A stretch of 64,000 bases of DNA from an uncultured Saprospiraceae bacterium (GTDB lineage Bacteria > Bacteroidota > Bacteroidia > Chitinophagales > Saprospiraceae), in NCBI GenBank assembly GCA_964643005.1, contig CAZXQI010000004.1:1690-65689 (forward strand), written 5' to 3'. Below, one piece after another: positions 9,504 to 20,700 of this stretch. Below the pieces are notes generated by a model. It saw only the letters and a program-made list of their open reading frames with translations, was not told where the DNA came from and did no database searches. A program made the position numbers and the translations under genes. Numbering within the stretch: position 1 is the first letter of the stretch; every line of letters begins with the position of its first letter.

Positions 9504-10997
9504 TTATTGCAAATCCAGTGACGAGATGTCAATTTTCAGAGCCGCTGCGACGCCTTTGCCGTAGTTGGGGTCGGCTTTGAAGCAATTGATGATATGTCTT
9601 TCCTGGATGAACCTTTCTGCTCCGCCGACTTCTGCCGCCGTATTATTGAACAACACTTGTTGCTGCGCAGCAGTCATCAGACGAAATAGATTGCCCGGTT
9701 GAGTGTAGTAGTCGTTGTCGTCTTCCCTGAAGTCATGGTGTCCGGCGTCGCCCGTCAGTTTCTGGTGCGGCTCTGCATAGGCTTTATTCTCTTCCCACTG
9801 CCCATAGCTGTTGGGGAAATAGTGGAGCGTTGAGCCTTCGTTGCCATCTACCCGCATGGCGCCGTCTCGGTGGAAATTGTGGAACGGACATTTGGGCGTG
9901 TTCACCGGAATCTGGTAATGGTTCAGACCTAATCTGTAGCGCTGGGCGTCGCCGTAGGAAAACAGGCGTCCCTGCAACATTTTATCGGGAGAAAAGCCAA
10001 TCCCGGGAACCACGTTGGCCGGATTGAATGCAGCCTGCTCTACGTCCGCAAAGTAGTTGTCCGGATTCCTGTTCAATTCCATTACGCCGACGTCAATCAG
10101 AGGATAGTCGCCCTGGGGCCAGACTTTGGTCAGGTCAAAGGGATTGAACGGGCACTTTTCTGCCTGCTCTTCCGTCATCACCTGGATCTTCATCCTCCAC
10201 CTCGGAAATTCGCCATTTTCGATAGCCTTGTACAAATCCCGCTGGTGGCTTTCTCTGTCCTTACCGATAATGGCGGCTGCTTCTTCGTTGGTCAGGTTCT
10301 GAATTCCCTGCTCTGTTTTGAAGTGAAATTTCACCCAGACCCGCTCGTTATTGGCATTGAGCAGGCTGAAAGTATGGCTGCCATAGCCATTCATGTGGCG
10401 ATATGATTTGGGAATGCCCCGGTCGCTCATGGTAATGGTCACCTGATGCAGCGCCTCGGGCAACAGCGTCCAGAAATCCCAGTTGTGGTTGGCGCTTCTC
10501 AGGTTGGTTCGGGGGTCTCTTTTTACAGCCTTGTTCAAATCCGTAAATCGGTAGGGGTCTCTCAGAAAGAAAACCGGCGTATTGTTTCCGGCAAGATCCC
10601 AGTTTCCTTCTTCGGTGTAAAATTTCATGGCAAAGCCGCGAATATCGCGCTCAGCGTCTGCGGCGCCTCTCTCGCCGGCTACGGTAGAAAAGCGGACGAA
10701 CACTTCCGTCTCTTTGCCAACGGCTGAAAAGAGCTTTGCCTTCGTGTATTTTGAGATGTCGTGTGTAACAGTGAATTTTCCAAAAGCGCCAGAGCCTTTG
10801 GCGTGCATTCTTCTCTCGGGAATGACTTCCCTGTCAAAGTGGGCTAATTTTTCCAAAAACCAGAAGTCCTCGAGGAGCATGGGGCCCCTTGGGCCTGCCG
10901 TTTTTACGTTTTGATTCTCGGCAATCGGTTTGCCTGAGACGGAGGTCAGATTCTTTTTTTTCTCGTTATTCATACTTATTTTTTTTGTGGATGGCAA
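9504..10997 (-). CDS. monofunctional heme catalase (small-subunit type)
   Basis: 497 aa. Contains [47 protein letters not shown] and [15 protein letters not shown]. The start could instead be the second ATG at 10973. Confidence 0.95.
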   Translation of the reverse strand: MPSTKKISMNNEKKKNLTSVSGKPIAENQNVKTAGPRGPMLLEDFWFLEKLAHFDREVIPERRMHAKGSGAFGKFTVTHDISKYTKAKLFSAVGKETEVFVRFSTVAGERGAADAERDIRGFAMKFYTEEGNWDLAGNNTPVFFLRDPYRFTDLNKAVKRDPRTNLRSANHNWDFWTLLPEALHQVTITMSDRGIPKSYRHMNGYGSHTFSLLNANNERVWVKFHFKTEQGIQNLTNEEAAAIIGKDRESHQRDLYKAIENGEFPRWRMKIQVMTEEQAEKCPFNPFDLTKVWPQGDYPLIDVGVMELNRNPDNYFADVEQAAFNPANVVPGIGFSPDKMLQGRLFSYGDAQRYRLGLNHYQIPVNTPKCPFHNFHRDGAMRVDGNEGSTLHYFPNSYGQWEENKAYAEPHQKLTGDAGHHDFREDDNDYYTQPGNLFRLMTAAQQQVLFNNTAAEVGGAERFIQERHIINCFKADPNYGKGVAAALKIDISSLDLQ

Positions 10998-11058
10998 AGC
11001 TAAGACATACTTTTGTTTTATAAAAACGATATTTTAGATGCCAATATTGATGAAATAG
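10998..11058. promoter_or_regulatory. divergent catalase/oxyR control region
   Basis: 61-bp AT-rich spacer between a divergently transcribed catalase and a LysR/OxyR-type regulator. No binding site was defined. Confidence 0.35.
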
Positions 11059-11973
11059 ATGAACATTCAGCAGTTCCAATACATTCTGGCAGTAGCTGAA
11101 TACCGTCACTTTGAAACGGCGGCGGACAGTTGCTTTGTTTCCCAATCTACGCTGAGCACGATGATTTCTAAGTTCGAAGACGAGATAGGAGTCACCATTT
11201 TTGATCGAAGGAAAAAGCCGGTCGGCGTCACAAAGGAAGGCCGGGAAATCATCCTACAACTGAAGATCATCACCAACGAAATTGCGCAGTTGACGGAAAT
11301 GGTTCACGAGCTGAAAGGGGAGGTAAGAGGCAATATTAAAATTGGCTGCATTCCAACTGTCGCTCCTTTTCTTCTGCCTCTTTTCTTACAGGGTTTTTCC
11401 AAAAAGTTTCCTCACTTACACATTGAAATAAAAGAGAAGAATACGAACGAAATACTGCGGCAACTAAAATCGAGAGAACTGGATATTGGAATCGTGTCCA
11501 CCCCCTTAGACGATGCTGAAATGGTAGAATTGCCCCTTTATGAAGAGCCTTTCGTATTGTACGATGCGTCTAAACATTCGCCGAAATTCATAGCTGTGGA
11601 CGAGCTGGATTTGAGCGATTTCTGGTTGCTGGAGGAAGGGCATTGCATGAGAAATCAGGTTTTGAAAATCTGTGAAATCAGCAGGAAGAAGATTAACTCT
11701 TCATTGAATGTGACCTTTAAAGCCGGCTCCATTGACAGCCTTTTGCGCTTTGTAAAGTCAGGTAATGGCAAGACGCTTTTGCCCTATTTATCGCTGCTGA
11801 ATTTTTCGGATGCGGAAAAGGAGTTCATCTCTTCCTTTAAAGACCCTGTTCCTCTCAGAGAAATAGGCCTTATTTTCCATCAGCATTTTGCAAAGAAAAA
11901 GACCCTGGATTTGCTTCGGCAGGAGATTTTGGAGAAAGTGAACCCAGTCCTGGGGCATTTAAAAAAAGACTAA
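11059..11973 (+). CDS. oxyR: LysR-family hydrogen-peroxide-responsive regulator OxyR
   Basis: 304 aa with an N-terminal LysR HTH. EEGHCMRNQVLKIC places two Cys 9 residues apart, as for OxyR C199/C208. Divergent from catalase. Confidence 0.85.
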   Translation: MNIQQFQYILAVAEYRHFETAADSCFVSQSTLSTMISKFEDEIGVTIFDRRKKPVGVTKEGREIILQLKIITNEIAQLTEMVHELKGEVRGNIKIGCIPTVAPFLLPLFLQGFSKKFPHLHIEIKEKNTNEILRQLKSRELDIGIVSTPLDDAEMVELPLYEEPFVLYDASKHSPKFIAVDELDLSDFWLLEEGHCMRNQVLKICEISRKKINSSLNVTFKAGSIDSLLRFVKSGNGKTLLPYLSLLNFSDAEKEFISSFKDPVPLREIGLIFHQHFAKKKTLDLLRQEILEKVNPVLGHLKKD

Positions 11974-12134
11974 TCGCCATTGGCGCCCCTCAAAAAAACA
12001 ACTAAACATTATCGGAATACCCACCCTTTCAAGAGAGACTGCTCTGTAGAAGGAGTAAACAGAAAATTGGATAGCGGGAACTCGCCTTTATCTCTAACCT
12101 GATTTCTATATGGTTGAGCAAGAAAAATTAAAGT

Positions 12135-12172
12135 AAAAAAGGGAGGCGCTGAAAAAGGCGCCTCCCTTTTTT
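12135..12172. terminator. bidirectional intrinsic terminator
   Basis: aaaaaa-gggaggcgc-tgaaaaag-gcgcctccc-tttttt: a perfect 9-bp GC-rich stem flanked by A6 and T6. Confidence 0.75.
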
Positions 12173-12325
12173 ACTTTGATAATCCCTGATTATAGGGGAA
12201 CAGGATAAGGGTATTTTAAAAATAGGGTTTTAGGTGTTTGGCTCAGGGTTCTTTGTTTGAAGAAAACAAACCTGCCGGTTTGCAGCCGGTTGAAATATAT
12301 CTTCAAACCATTGAAGAAGAATCGT

Positions 12326-12361
12326 AAAACAATGGGCGAAGCCGAACAGCCCCGCCCATTG
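12326..12361 (-). terminator. metK terminator
   Basis: On the minus strand, caatgggcg...cgcccattg (9-bp stem) followed by tttt. Lies 14 nt past the metK stop. Confidence 0.6.
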
Positions 12362-12374
12362 TCATACAGGTGGA

Positions 12375-13628
12375 TTAGAGATTAAAAGCCTTTTTAACCT
12401 TATCCACGTAATCTAATTTCTCCCAGGTAAAGGTTTCCACTTCATGGGTAGAAGGCTTGCCTGAACCATTGTAGAATGTCACCTTCTTAACCTCTGGTAA
12501 GCGCCCCATGTGCCCATAAGCCGCCGTATCGGAATAGATAGGGTGGCGGAGTTTCAGTCGCTTCTCAATGGAATATGGGCGCATATCGAACAACTTGAAC
12601 ACTACTTCGGCGATCTCGCTGTCTTTCATTTTTAGTTTGGAAGTGCCGTAAGTGTTGACATAAATATTGGTCGGTTCGGCGACGCCGATGGCATAACTCA
12701 CCTGAATTAGAACTTCATCGCAAACTCCTGCGGACACGAGATTCTTGGCGATGTGGCGAGAGGCATAGGCTGCGGAGCGATCCACTTTTGAAGGGTCTTT
12801 TCCACTAAAGGCGCCGCCTCCGTGCGCTCCTTTACCGCCGTAGGTGTCCACGATAATCTTCCGACCAGTCAGTCCTGTGTCGCCGTGAGGTCCTCCGATG
12901 ACAAACTTGCCGGTCGGGTTTACGTGGTAGATGGTGTCTTTTTTGAAGAGCCGCTGAATGTTGGAAGGGTAGCGCTTTTTCACTCGCGGGATAACATAGC
13001 GGAGAATGTCTCTTTTAATATCGGCAAGCATGGTTTCGTCATCGGCAAAGTCATCGTGCTGTGTGGAGACGACGATGCTGTCAATACGCTGCGGCTTGTT
13101 TTTGTCGGAATACTCAATTGTCACTTGCGATTTGGCATCAGGTCGAAGGTATTTCATCTGCCTGCCGCCTCTGCGAATGGCCGACAACTCCTGCAAAATC
13201 TTGTGTGAAAGATCGAGCGCCAACGGCATATAGTTTTCGGTCTCGTTGGTGGCATAGCCGAACATCATCCCCTGGTCGCCGGCGCCCTGGTCTTCCGGAT
13301 TGGCGCGCTCGACACCGCGGTTGATGTCGGGGGATTGTTCGTGGATGGCGGACAATACGCCGCAGGAGTTTGCCTCGAACATGTATTCGCTCTTCGTGTA
13401 ACCGATACGGGCTATGACCTCTCGGGCAATATTCTGAACGTCGAGATAGGTAGCGGTCTTCACTTCGCCCGCCAAAACGACCTGGCCGGTGGTGACGAGC
13501 GTTTCACAGGCTACTTTTGAGTTTTTGTCAAAAGCGAGGAAATGATCAACCAGAGCGTCTGAAATCTGATCGGCAATCTTGTCAGGATGTCCTTCTGACA
13601 CACTTTCAGAAGTGAATAGGTATGGCAT
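12375..13628 (-). CDS. metK: S-adenosylmethionine synthase
   Basis: 417 aa. Contains [25 protein letters not shown] and [19 protein letters not shown]. Confidence 0.97.
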   Translation of the reverse strand: MPYLFTSESVSEGHPDKIADQISDALVDHFLAFDKNSKVACETLVTTGQVVLAGEVKTATYLDVQNIAREVIARIGYTKSEYMFEANSCGVLSAIHEQSPDINRGVERANPEDQGAGDQGMMFGYATNETENYMPLALDLSHKILQELSAIRRGGRQMKYLRPDAKSQVTIEYSDKNKPQRIDSIVVSTQHDDFADDETMLADIKRDILRYVIPRVKKRYPSNIQRLFKKDTIYHVNPTGKFVIGGPHGDTGLTGRKIIVDTYGGKGAHGGGAFSGKDPSKVDRSAAYASRHIAKNLVSAGVCDEVLIQVSYAIGVAEPTNIYVNTYGTSKLKMKDSEIAEVVFKLFDMRPYSIEKRLKLRHPIYSDTAAYGHMGRLPEVKKVTFYNGSGKPSTHEVETFTWEKLDYVDKVKKAFNL

Positions 13629-13744
13629 GGTTAAATGTTATTTTGGATTGAAGAATCTCCTCGTAATCGAGGCTTTTAAAAACGGGCACAAAGGTAGGAA
13701 AACAGACAACAGTTAATGAAATACCCAAAAGGGCAATGTCGTCA

Positions 13745-14371
13745 TTATTTTACTTTACAGCGGAGCAATTGCTCCTGCCTGTCGTCTTTGGCGAGGATAA
13801 AACCCTCCAATAAATCTCCAGGCTTCACAGGGCCTACGCCTGCCGGAGTTCCGGTATAGACTAAATCTCCCTGTAACAGTTTAAAATATTTTGAGATATA
13901 GACGATGAGCTGGTCGAAGTTGAAAATCATGTCCCGACTATTGCCGCGCTGTACCATTTCCCCATTTTTTTTGAGAAAAAATTCAATGTTCCCTTCCCGA
14001 TTCACTTTTTCTAAGGGCGCAAACCTGCCCAATACTGCGGAGTTGTCAAATCCCTTGGCGATTTCCCAGGGATGGCCTTTTTTCTTTAACTCGTCTTGTA
14101 GATCGCGAGCCGTGAAGTCGATACCCAAACTTATTTCCTCATAATAAGTATGGGCAAATTCGGGTTGGATGGCTTTTCCATTTTTGCTGATTTTTAGCAC
14201 GATTTCTAATTCGTGGTGCAATTCATTCGTAAAATCCGGATAGTAGAAAGGCTTTTCGTTGACCAACAGCGCAGTTGCCGGTTTCATAAAAATGACGGGG
14301 TTGGCGGGGACGGGATTGTTGAGCTCTTTGGCGTGTTCGCTGTAGTTGCGGCCTATGCAAATGATTTTCAT
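13745..14371 (-). CDS. fumarylacetoacetate hydrolase (FAH) family protein
   Basis: 208 aa. KIICIGRNY...HELE...GIDFTARD...TGTPAGVG pattern of the FAH/YcgM-like family. Confidence 0.85.
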   Translation of the reverse strand: MKIICIGRNYSEHAKELNNPVPANPVIFMKPATALLVNEKPFYYPDFTNELHHELEIVLKISKNGKAIQPEFAHTYYEEISLGIDFTARDLQDELKKKGHPWEIAKGFDNSAVLGRFAPLEKVNREGNIEFFLKKNGEMVQRGNSRDMIFNFDQLIVYISKYFKLLQGDLVYTGTPAGVGPVKPGDLLEGFILAKDDRQEQLLRCKVK

Positions 14372-14485
14372 GGATGGAAGATCAGCTTATTGGATTACCG
14401 GATGTTGTGTTTCTCTGCAAAAAATTAATTGGAAGGACTCTCCTGAAGGTTTTTTAAAAAAAAATCAACTTGTCCCCTGCCAAAA

Positions 14486-15499
14486 CTATTTGACATTCAT
14501 CAAACCTGTCAGTTCTTTCACTTCCCGAATGGTCTTTTGAGCTTCGGAGCGGATGATGGCCGAGGAATCTTTGATCATTTCCTTGACGGCCTTTTTGTCG
14601 GTATTCAGTTCTTCTCTCTTTAAGCGAAAGCCATTGCTCAACTCGACGAGGGCGTCGGCCACCTGTCCTTTCAGGTCGGAATAGCGAAGATTGCCGTTTT
14701 CGTAGTTGGCCATCAGAGCGGCGTGGGTTTCCATCTTCTCCGCTGCCTTCAGCAATTCGAAGAGGTTCTTTACGCCGGCGCTCATTTCGCCTTCGGGCGT
14801 GTCGCCGGTATCCGTAACGGCTGATTTGATTTGTTTGCGAATGTGGATCTCTTCTGCGAAGATGTTGAGATAGTGCTTGTCGCCAGCGCTCTTACTCATC
14901 TTTTTGGCAGGGGATGCCAGAGACTTGATGTTTGGGGTTTCCGTGAATAGCGGCTCCGGCAATACAAAATATTCTACGCCCACCTGATTGTTGAAGCGCT
15001 GAGCTATGTTGCGGCTGAGTTCGAGATGCTGTTCCTGATCTTTTCCTACCGGCACGTAGTCCGCCTTGTAAATCAGGATGTCGGCGGCTTGCAATACGGG
15101 GTAGTCGAATAGTCCGACAGAAATAAAGCCTTCTGCCTTTTCTTCGCTTTGGGCGCTTTTATCTTTGAACTGGGTCATGCGTGTCACCTGCCCGAAGGAG
15201 GCGAAACAATTGAAAATCCAGCACAATTCGGCGTGCTCCGGCACCAGCGACTGAACAAACAGGTTTTCGGTTTTAATACCCGTCGCTATCAGATTGAATA
15301 TCAGATTCCAGGTGTTTTCCCGAAGGTTTTTGGAATTGTAAGGCATGGTCATGGCGTGATAATCCACCACGCCATAAAAGCAGCGAAACTTATCCTGCAT
15401 GTCCACCCAGTTCTTCACGGCGCCGAAATAGTTGCCGTAGTGCATATCGCCAGTTGGCTGGATACAGGAGAGGACTCTTTTCTTTTGTACTGTACTCAT
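14486..15499 (-). CDS. trpS: tryptophan--tRNA ligase
   Basis: 337 aa. HIGH-type motif (GDMHYGNYFGA) and KMSKS present (AKKMSKSAGD). Confidence 0.95.
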   Translation of the reverse strand: MSTVQKKRVLSCIQPTGDMHYGNYFGAVKNWVDMQDKFRCFYGVVDYHAMTMPYNSKNLRENTWNLIFNLIATGIKTENLFVQSLVPEHAELCWIFNCFASFGQVTRMTQFKDKSAQSEEKAEGFISVGLFDYPVLQAADILIYKADYVPVGKDQEQHLELSRNIAQRFNNQVGVEYFVLPEPLFTETPNIKSLASPAKKMSKSAGDKHYLNIFAEEIHIRKQIKSAVTDTGDTPEGEMSAGVKNLFELLKAAEKMETHAALMANYENGNLRYSDLKGQVADALVELSNGFRLKREELNTDKKAVKEMIKDSSAIIRSEAQKTIREVKELTGLMNVK

Positions 15500-15885
15500 T
15501 ATTCGTTGACGGCTGCAATGACGGAGATTTCAACATTGACAAACTTGGGAAGGTTGCCAACTTCTACCGTTTCTCTGGCGGGAGCGAATTCCGGTTTGAA
15601 ATATTCAGCGTACACGGCATTGAGGCGAGCAAAGTCGTTCATGTTTTTTATAAAAACGGTGGCTTTCAACACGTCTTTGTAGCTGGCGCCAACTGCTTCG
15701 AGAATGCCGCCGATGTTTTTCAAAACGCGGTGCGTTTCCTCCTCGATGCCGCCTTGTACCAATTGCCCGGTGGCGGGGTCGATGGCTATCTGGCCAGAGG
15801 CATAGAGTAAACCGTTGTGGAGGATGGCCTGGTTGTAAGAGCCGATTGCTCCGGGAGCATTGGGTGTAGAGATAATCTTTTTCAC
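15499..15885 (-). CDS. ridA: RidA/YjgF family reactive-intermediate deaminase
   Basis: 128 aa. Has APGAIGSYNQA...GQIAIDP...ARETVEV typical of RidA. Its stop overlaps the trpS start (TAATG). Confidence 0.9.
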   Translation of the reverse strand: MKKIISTPNAPGAIGSYNQAILHNGLLYASGQIAIDPATGQLVQGGIEEETHRVLKNIGGILEAVGASYKDVLKATVFIKNMNDFARLNAVYAEYFKPEFAPARETVEVGNLPKFVNVEISVIAAVNE

Positions 15886-15974
15886 AATAAATGATTTTAT
15901 TAAAAGAAAAGTGAATTTCGGATGAGCAGAGCTGGGCAGTTGAATGCTCTACGAGATTAGCTCCATTTTTTGTC

Positions 15975-16019
15975 AAAACAGAAAAAGCTCCACATCCATT
16001 TGACGGCGAAAGGGAGCTT
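15975..16019 (-). terminator. probable rpmF terminator
   Basis: On the minus strand, aagctcc...ggagctt (7-bp stem, 21-nt loop) followed by tttttctgtttt. The large loop lowers confidence. Confidence 0.45.
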
Positions 16020-16052
16020 CCTATTTCTTTATGTAAAATGTGGGAAAGGAGC

Positions 16053-16247
16053 CTATACTTCTTCCTTGGCTTTTACCAGCACTTTGCCTCTATAGAGCAT
16101 ATTGCCCTCGTCATCGTAGTAGGCGTGGTGATAAATATGCGCTTCGCCGGTAGTAGGGCATTTAGCGATTTGTGGAACGGCTACCTTATCGTGGGTACGA
16201 CGCGCCCGCGTTCTGCGCTTCGAATGTTTATTTCTTGGATTTGGCAT
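16053..16247 (-). CDS. rpmF: 50S ribosomal protein L32
   Basis: The internal ATG at 16247 gives MPNPRNKHSKRRTRARRTHDK..., an L32 N-terminus. Sits downstream of the DUF177 gene as in many bacteria. Confidence 0.85.
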   Translation of the reverse strand: MPNPRNKHSKRRTRARRTHDKVAVPQIAKCPTTGEAHIYHHAYYDDEGNMLYRGKVLVKAKEEV

Positions 16248-16319
16248 CGCATTATCGTTTTTGGACTTCCCAATTTCATAATTCAACTAAGAATCAGAAA
16301 TCGCAAAGCCGCGTCATTA

Positions 16320-16841
16320 TTAATTTTCTGAATTAAATCTTTTCAGTGCTTCCCAAAATGGATTGGTAGTATCTGCCTGCTCATCCTGCTTTTCTTCTTT
16401 GGTCAGATACTTTAGCATCTCCGGGTTGCATTGGCCTCCGGCGTCATCGTGGGTCTTTACCATGGGGACCGCCAGATTGACGAATTCATAAATAAACCTG
16501 GCAACATTCAGCTTTGGCGTTCCTCTCAGAATGTAGATGATGTCTAAATCTTCCCATTCCTTTTCTCCATATTTTACCAGCAAAACCTGATGGTCTTTCA
16601 CCGGAAGATCAAATTCTTCTAAGCAGCGATCGCAGGAAACTTTCACGGCGCCTTTGAAATCAAAAGTCATTTCGCAAAGGTCGGGTCGCTTGTCAAAAAG
16701 GAGGTGAACATCCACATCGCCGTCTTCAATGGGTGAATCTGGAAAATACCGAAAAAATTCGCCGCTGATGTTGAAGTCATATTCGTGGAGACCGTCGCGC
16801 AATCCCGATAAAGGGATTGAGAAGTGGTCTAAATCGTTCAT
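16320..16841 (-). CDS. DUF177 (YceD-like) protein
   Basis: About 173 aa from the internal ATG (MNDLDHF...). Conserved C..C pair (VSCDRCLEEF) and conserved synteny directly upstream of rpmF. Confidence 0.8.
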   Translation of the reverse strand: MNDLDHFSIPLSGLRDGLHEYDFNISGEFFRYFPDSPIEDGDVDVHLLFDKRPDLCEMTFDFKGAVKVSCDRCLEEFDLPVKDHQVLLVKYGEKEWEDLDIIYILRGTPKLNVARFIYEFVNLAVPMVKTHDDAGGQCNPEMLKYLTKEEKQDEQADTTNPFWEALKRFNSEN

Positions 16842-17756
16842 TGTAAAAGAACTTTTTAAAAAAGGCTGGCAAAGATACTGCATTATTTGAATTTTGAGTA
16901 GAGTAGAAATAATTTTTCATCTGCTAATTCGCCAATTTTTTGCAAGCCTTTTCAAATGTTTGAGAAGCTGGTTTTGCGCCTGGTTGAATGTAGCTAATAC
17001 CCGGTTTCGCCAAACTTACAAAATCTTTACATCGGGCGCTTGGCACAATTTCATACCCTTTTCAATCGAATTGCCGACTTCCGAACCTCGTCGTTTCATT
17101 CGCTCATTTCATTGGAGCGGAAAAGAACCGATGGCAAAGTTGTTTTGGTAGAGAAATTTTCCGCTATATGTAACTCAATGATTATCAGGTTTTTTATTTT
17201 TTTTAAATTTTAAAAATAAATCATATAACCAACTGATAACTAAGGAATTAAAATAGAGGTTCCCCTCCCGACTATCTTTCGCCTTATTTAAAAATGATTT
17301 TTATTTGTAATGAAATCTCTACCCAAAAGATGTGTGTTTGGCACACTTTTTTACATTAAGGAAATCAAAATCTGAAATCTAAAAATTCAGAAACATTACT
17401 TGACAGTCGCTATACATGCTATGAGAAAATCCGGAAACCGAGCTGACTAAGCTTGTCCAATCTTTCCAAATCTCCTTTTTCCCAGGACTCCTGGATTCTT
17501 CTCATCAAATAAGTTTAAAAAAAAATTACACCGGCCCACAAGGGCTGACTACACATTCTTTTCACCTCTGGCTGAAAGCAGGCGGAGGAACCATCTTACG
17601 AATTCTAAGCAAAACCTTACACACCATGACCGGCGCGCGCAGTAGCGTCAGGAACGGTAATGCCATGCCTTTTTCAAAGGTTTGCGCTTTACCCACCTGG
17701 GCGGACTACGTGCAGCCTACTGAAACGGACCCACTTTTATTAACAATTATAATCTC

Positions 17757-20700
17757 ATGGTAAAAGGTAACGGTTTTGCCCACTTGAGGGCAACATTCAA
17801 ATCCACCGATGATCTCTGGCGAAAACGCCGGAGTTTTATCGTGGCAAAGACGGCACTGCTCGCAGTATTGTTGTTCTCCGGTGGGCAAACCGTCTTTTCC
17901 CAATGCGCACTGGTTTGTAAGAGCCACGTAACAGTGGCTTTGGAAGCCAATGGCGCCGCCACTGTCAGCCCCGCAACTCTCCTACAAAGCTCCGTCGGAT
18001 GTTCCAATAACTTCGTCGTCGAGGTAACCGACACATCAGGTAATATGTACGGCCCTGTAATCGGCCCTTCGCTGATCGGCCAGCCCCTGATAGCAATCCT
18101 CACAGATATTCCCAGTGGAAACTCCTGTAATACTGACATTACATTAATTGACGACTTAGCTCCCGTTGTTGATTGCGGCGATACGCTTATTATATGGTGT
18201 AATCAAGCTTCTTCGCCAGAAAGCTTAGGCTATCCGGAACTGAGCGATAACGCCTCCCCAAAAGACAGCATCGAACTGACATTTTCCGACTCGTTTACAG
18301 AATTTGAATGTTTTGACACCATTAATGGGATGGCGATGACGGCATACATCGAGCGCGCGTGGACGGCGACAGACGAAAGCGGAAATAGCTCGACTTGCGT
18401 TCAACATATCTTTTTCCGCAGAGCTACGCTCGATATGGTCGTCTTTCCCAGTCACCTCGATGGCGTGCAAAAGCCGATGCTCGAATGTTCCACAGACGAC
18501 CCAGACAGTCTGGAGCTTACAGGCCAGCCGGAAGTAGAAGGAATAATTCTCGACAATACTACTTTCTGCGATCTGATCACCTCTTTCAATGATCAATCTA
18601 TTCCTCAGTGCGGGGGAGCAGTCAAACTCATTCGCACATGGACGGTCTTTGACCTCTGTACAGAAGATTTCAGGGTCTATTCCCAAATAATAAAAATACA
18701 GGATACAACTCCTCCGGCAGTTATCTGCCCGGCAGACATAACGGTGTTTACCGGAACTACTACCTGCACGGCACAGGTAACCCTGCCGCAGGCGAGCGCT
18801 ACGGATGCCTGCTCAGGCGCCACTATCGCTACTACCTGGCAATTTGGCAACGGCTCAGGCCCTTTCAACTCCGTGCCTGCCGGCGTTCACACGGTTACTT
18901 ATACGGCTGCGGATGGCTGCGGAAATACATCGAGCTGCCAGACCAGCGTGTTCGTCATGGACGATAAAAAGCCGGTGGCCTTGTGCCAGAACTTAGTGAA
19001 CATTTCCCTACAAGAGGATGGACAGGCGCTCATTTATGCCGAAACTTTCAACAACGGCAGCTACGATAATTGCGGCATTGACAAGATGGAGGTGAGTCGA
19101 GGGGGTCAGCCATTTGGAGAGACCATTAGTTTTGATTGCAATGATTTGAGCCAGCAAATCAAAGTGACGCTCAGCGTCACGGACAATGGAGGCCTGGTCA
19201 ATCAATGCTTCAGCTATGCCATCGTAAAAGATGAAATTGATCCGATTATTGACTGTCCTGAACCGGTTACGCTTTCCTGCGAAGCTAATTACAACAACCC
19301 GGGGCTGACGGGTATTCCGGAAACCACTGACAATTGCACGGTAGCAAGCACCGATTACACCAATGATATGAACCTCAACTCCTGCGGCAACGGCACTATC
19401 CTTCGCACCTGGAAAGCTACCGACCAAAGCGGAAACTTCTCCACCTGTACCCAGGTCATCACCATCGCAGACGATACGCCGATAAGCGTGATTTTCCCCG
19501 ATGATGTTTTGTTTTACGAATGCGGCCCCAATACGGAGCCTTCTGCCACAGGCGAACCGGTAATCAGCGGGCAGGATTGCGAGCAGTTGCAGATAACCTT
19601 CACGGATTTTCAGTTCTATACGGCTGAGCCGGCATGTTACAAGGTGATTCGCAATTGGGCGATCATTGACTGGTGCTCTTATCAACCCAACGATCCCGAC
19701 GAAGCAGGGTACTGGGGACATACCCAGGTCATTGAAGTCAGAGACACTTTGCCGCCAACGGTGGTATGCCCGCCCAGTGTCACCATAGGAATTGACAACC
19801 CGAACTGCCAGATGTACGCCGACATCCCGGCGCCGCAGGTGACAGATTGCAGCAATGAAATAAGTATTACCAATAATTCCCCCTTCGCTCAAAGCCACAA
19901 TGGAAAAGCCAGCGGCGTCTATCCACGGGGAACGCATACAGTCACCTATACCGCCGAGGATGGGTGTGGAAATTATTCAAAGTGCTCCATGAAAGTGTCC
20001 ATCATTGATACCGAGCCGCCCAGCCCCGTTTGCAACAACGGCATCTCTGTTACTATCCAGCAAAACGGCATTGTCGTTGTGACGCCGGCCATGATTAACA
20101 ATGGCAGTCACGACAATTGCACGCCGGGTTCGAATCTCATTTTGCAGGTAAGCTCCGGCGTCTTCGATTGCCAAAGCGTAGGAACTAAAATAGTGACGCT
20201 GACGGTGACCGACGAGGCGGGTAACAGCGCCTTCTGCCAGACGACGGTAGTCGTTCAGGACAATTTCAATGTTTGCGACAGCCAGACCGTAGGAACCGTT
20301 GCGGGAAAATGCGCCCGTGAAAATGGCGACCCGGTATTTCAGAAATTAGTCGGGCTGTCGGGTGGGCTGAATATCGCCGTGCATACGGATGTGGACGGAA
20401 CCTATGCCTTCCCCAACCTGCCTCTCAACGCCAACTACACTATAACTCCCAGCTATAATACCAAGCCTTTGAATGGCGTAACGACATTCGACATGGTGAT
20501 TATTCGGAGGCATATTTTGGGCGTAGAGTTGTTAGATTCTCCCTACAAAATCATTGCCGCCGACGTGAATAAATCCCAGAGCGTGACCACCTACGATTTG
20601 GTGGAAATTCAAAAGCTGGTGCTCAACGTCACTACCTCGTTCCCCAACAATAATAAATCGTGGCGCTTTGTGCCTGCGAGCTACGTTTTCCCCAATCCGG

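Noticed and set aside
13629-13744. metK 5-prime leader checked for a SAM riboswitch
   Set aside because: Only 116 nt with one small hairpin (cctcg-atta-cgagg). None of the SAM-I, SAM-II or SAM-SAH consensus strings I can recall is present.
19008-19937. 309-aa antisense ORF inside giant gene A (similar long antisense ORFs lie at 22287-22697, 23021-23500 and 33249-34485)
   Set aside because: These are fully embedded opposite strongly supported CDSs. The translations are low-complexity and Arg/Gly/Ala-rich with no motifs. They are typical shadow ORFs of coding regions with GC-rich third positions.
20123-20140. ccgggttcgaatctc, a tRNA T-arm-like string
   Set aside because: It lies inside the well-supported giant gene A reading frame (…TPGSNLIL…). 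There is no acceptor or anticodon arm around it.
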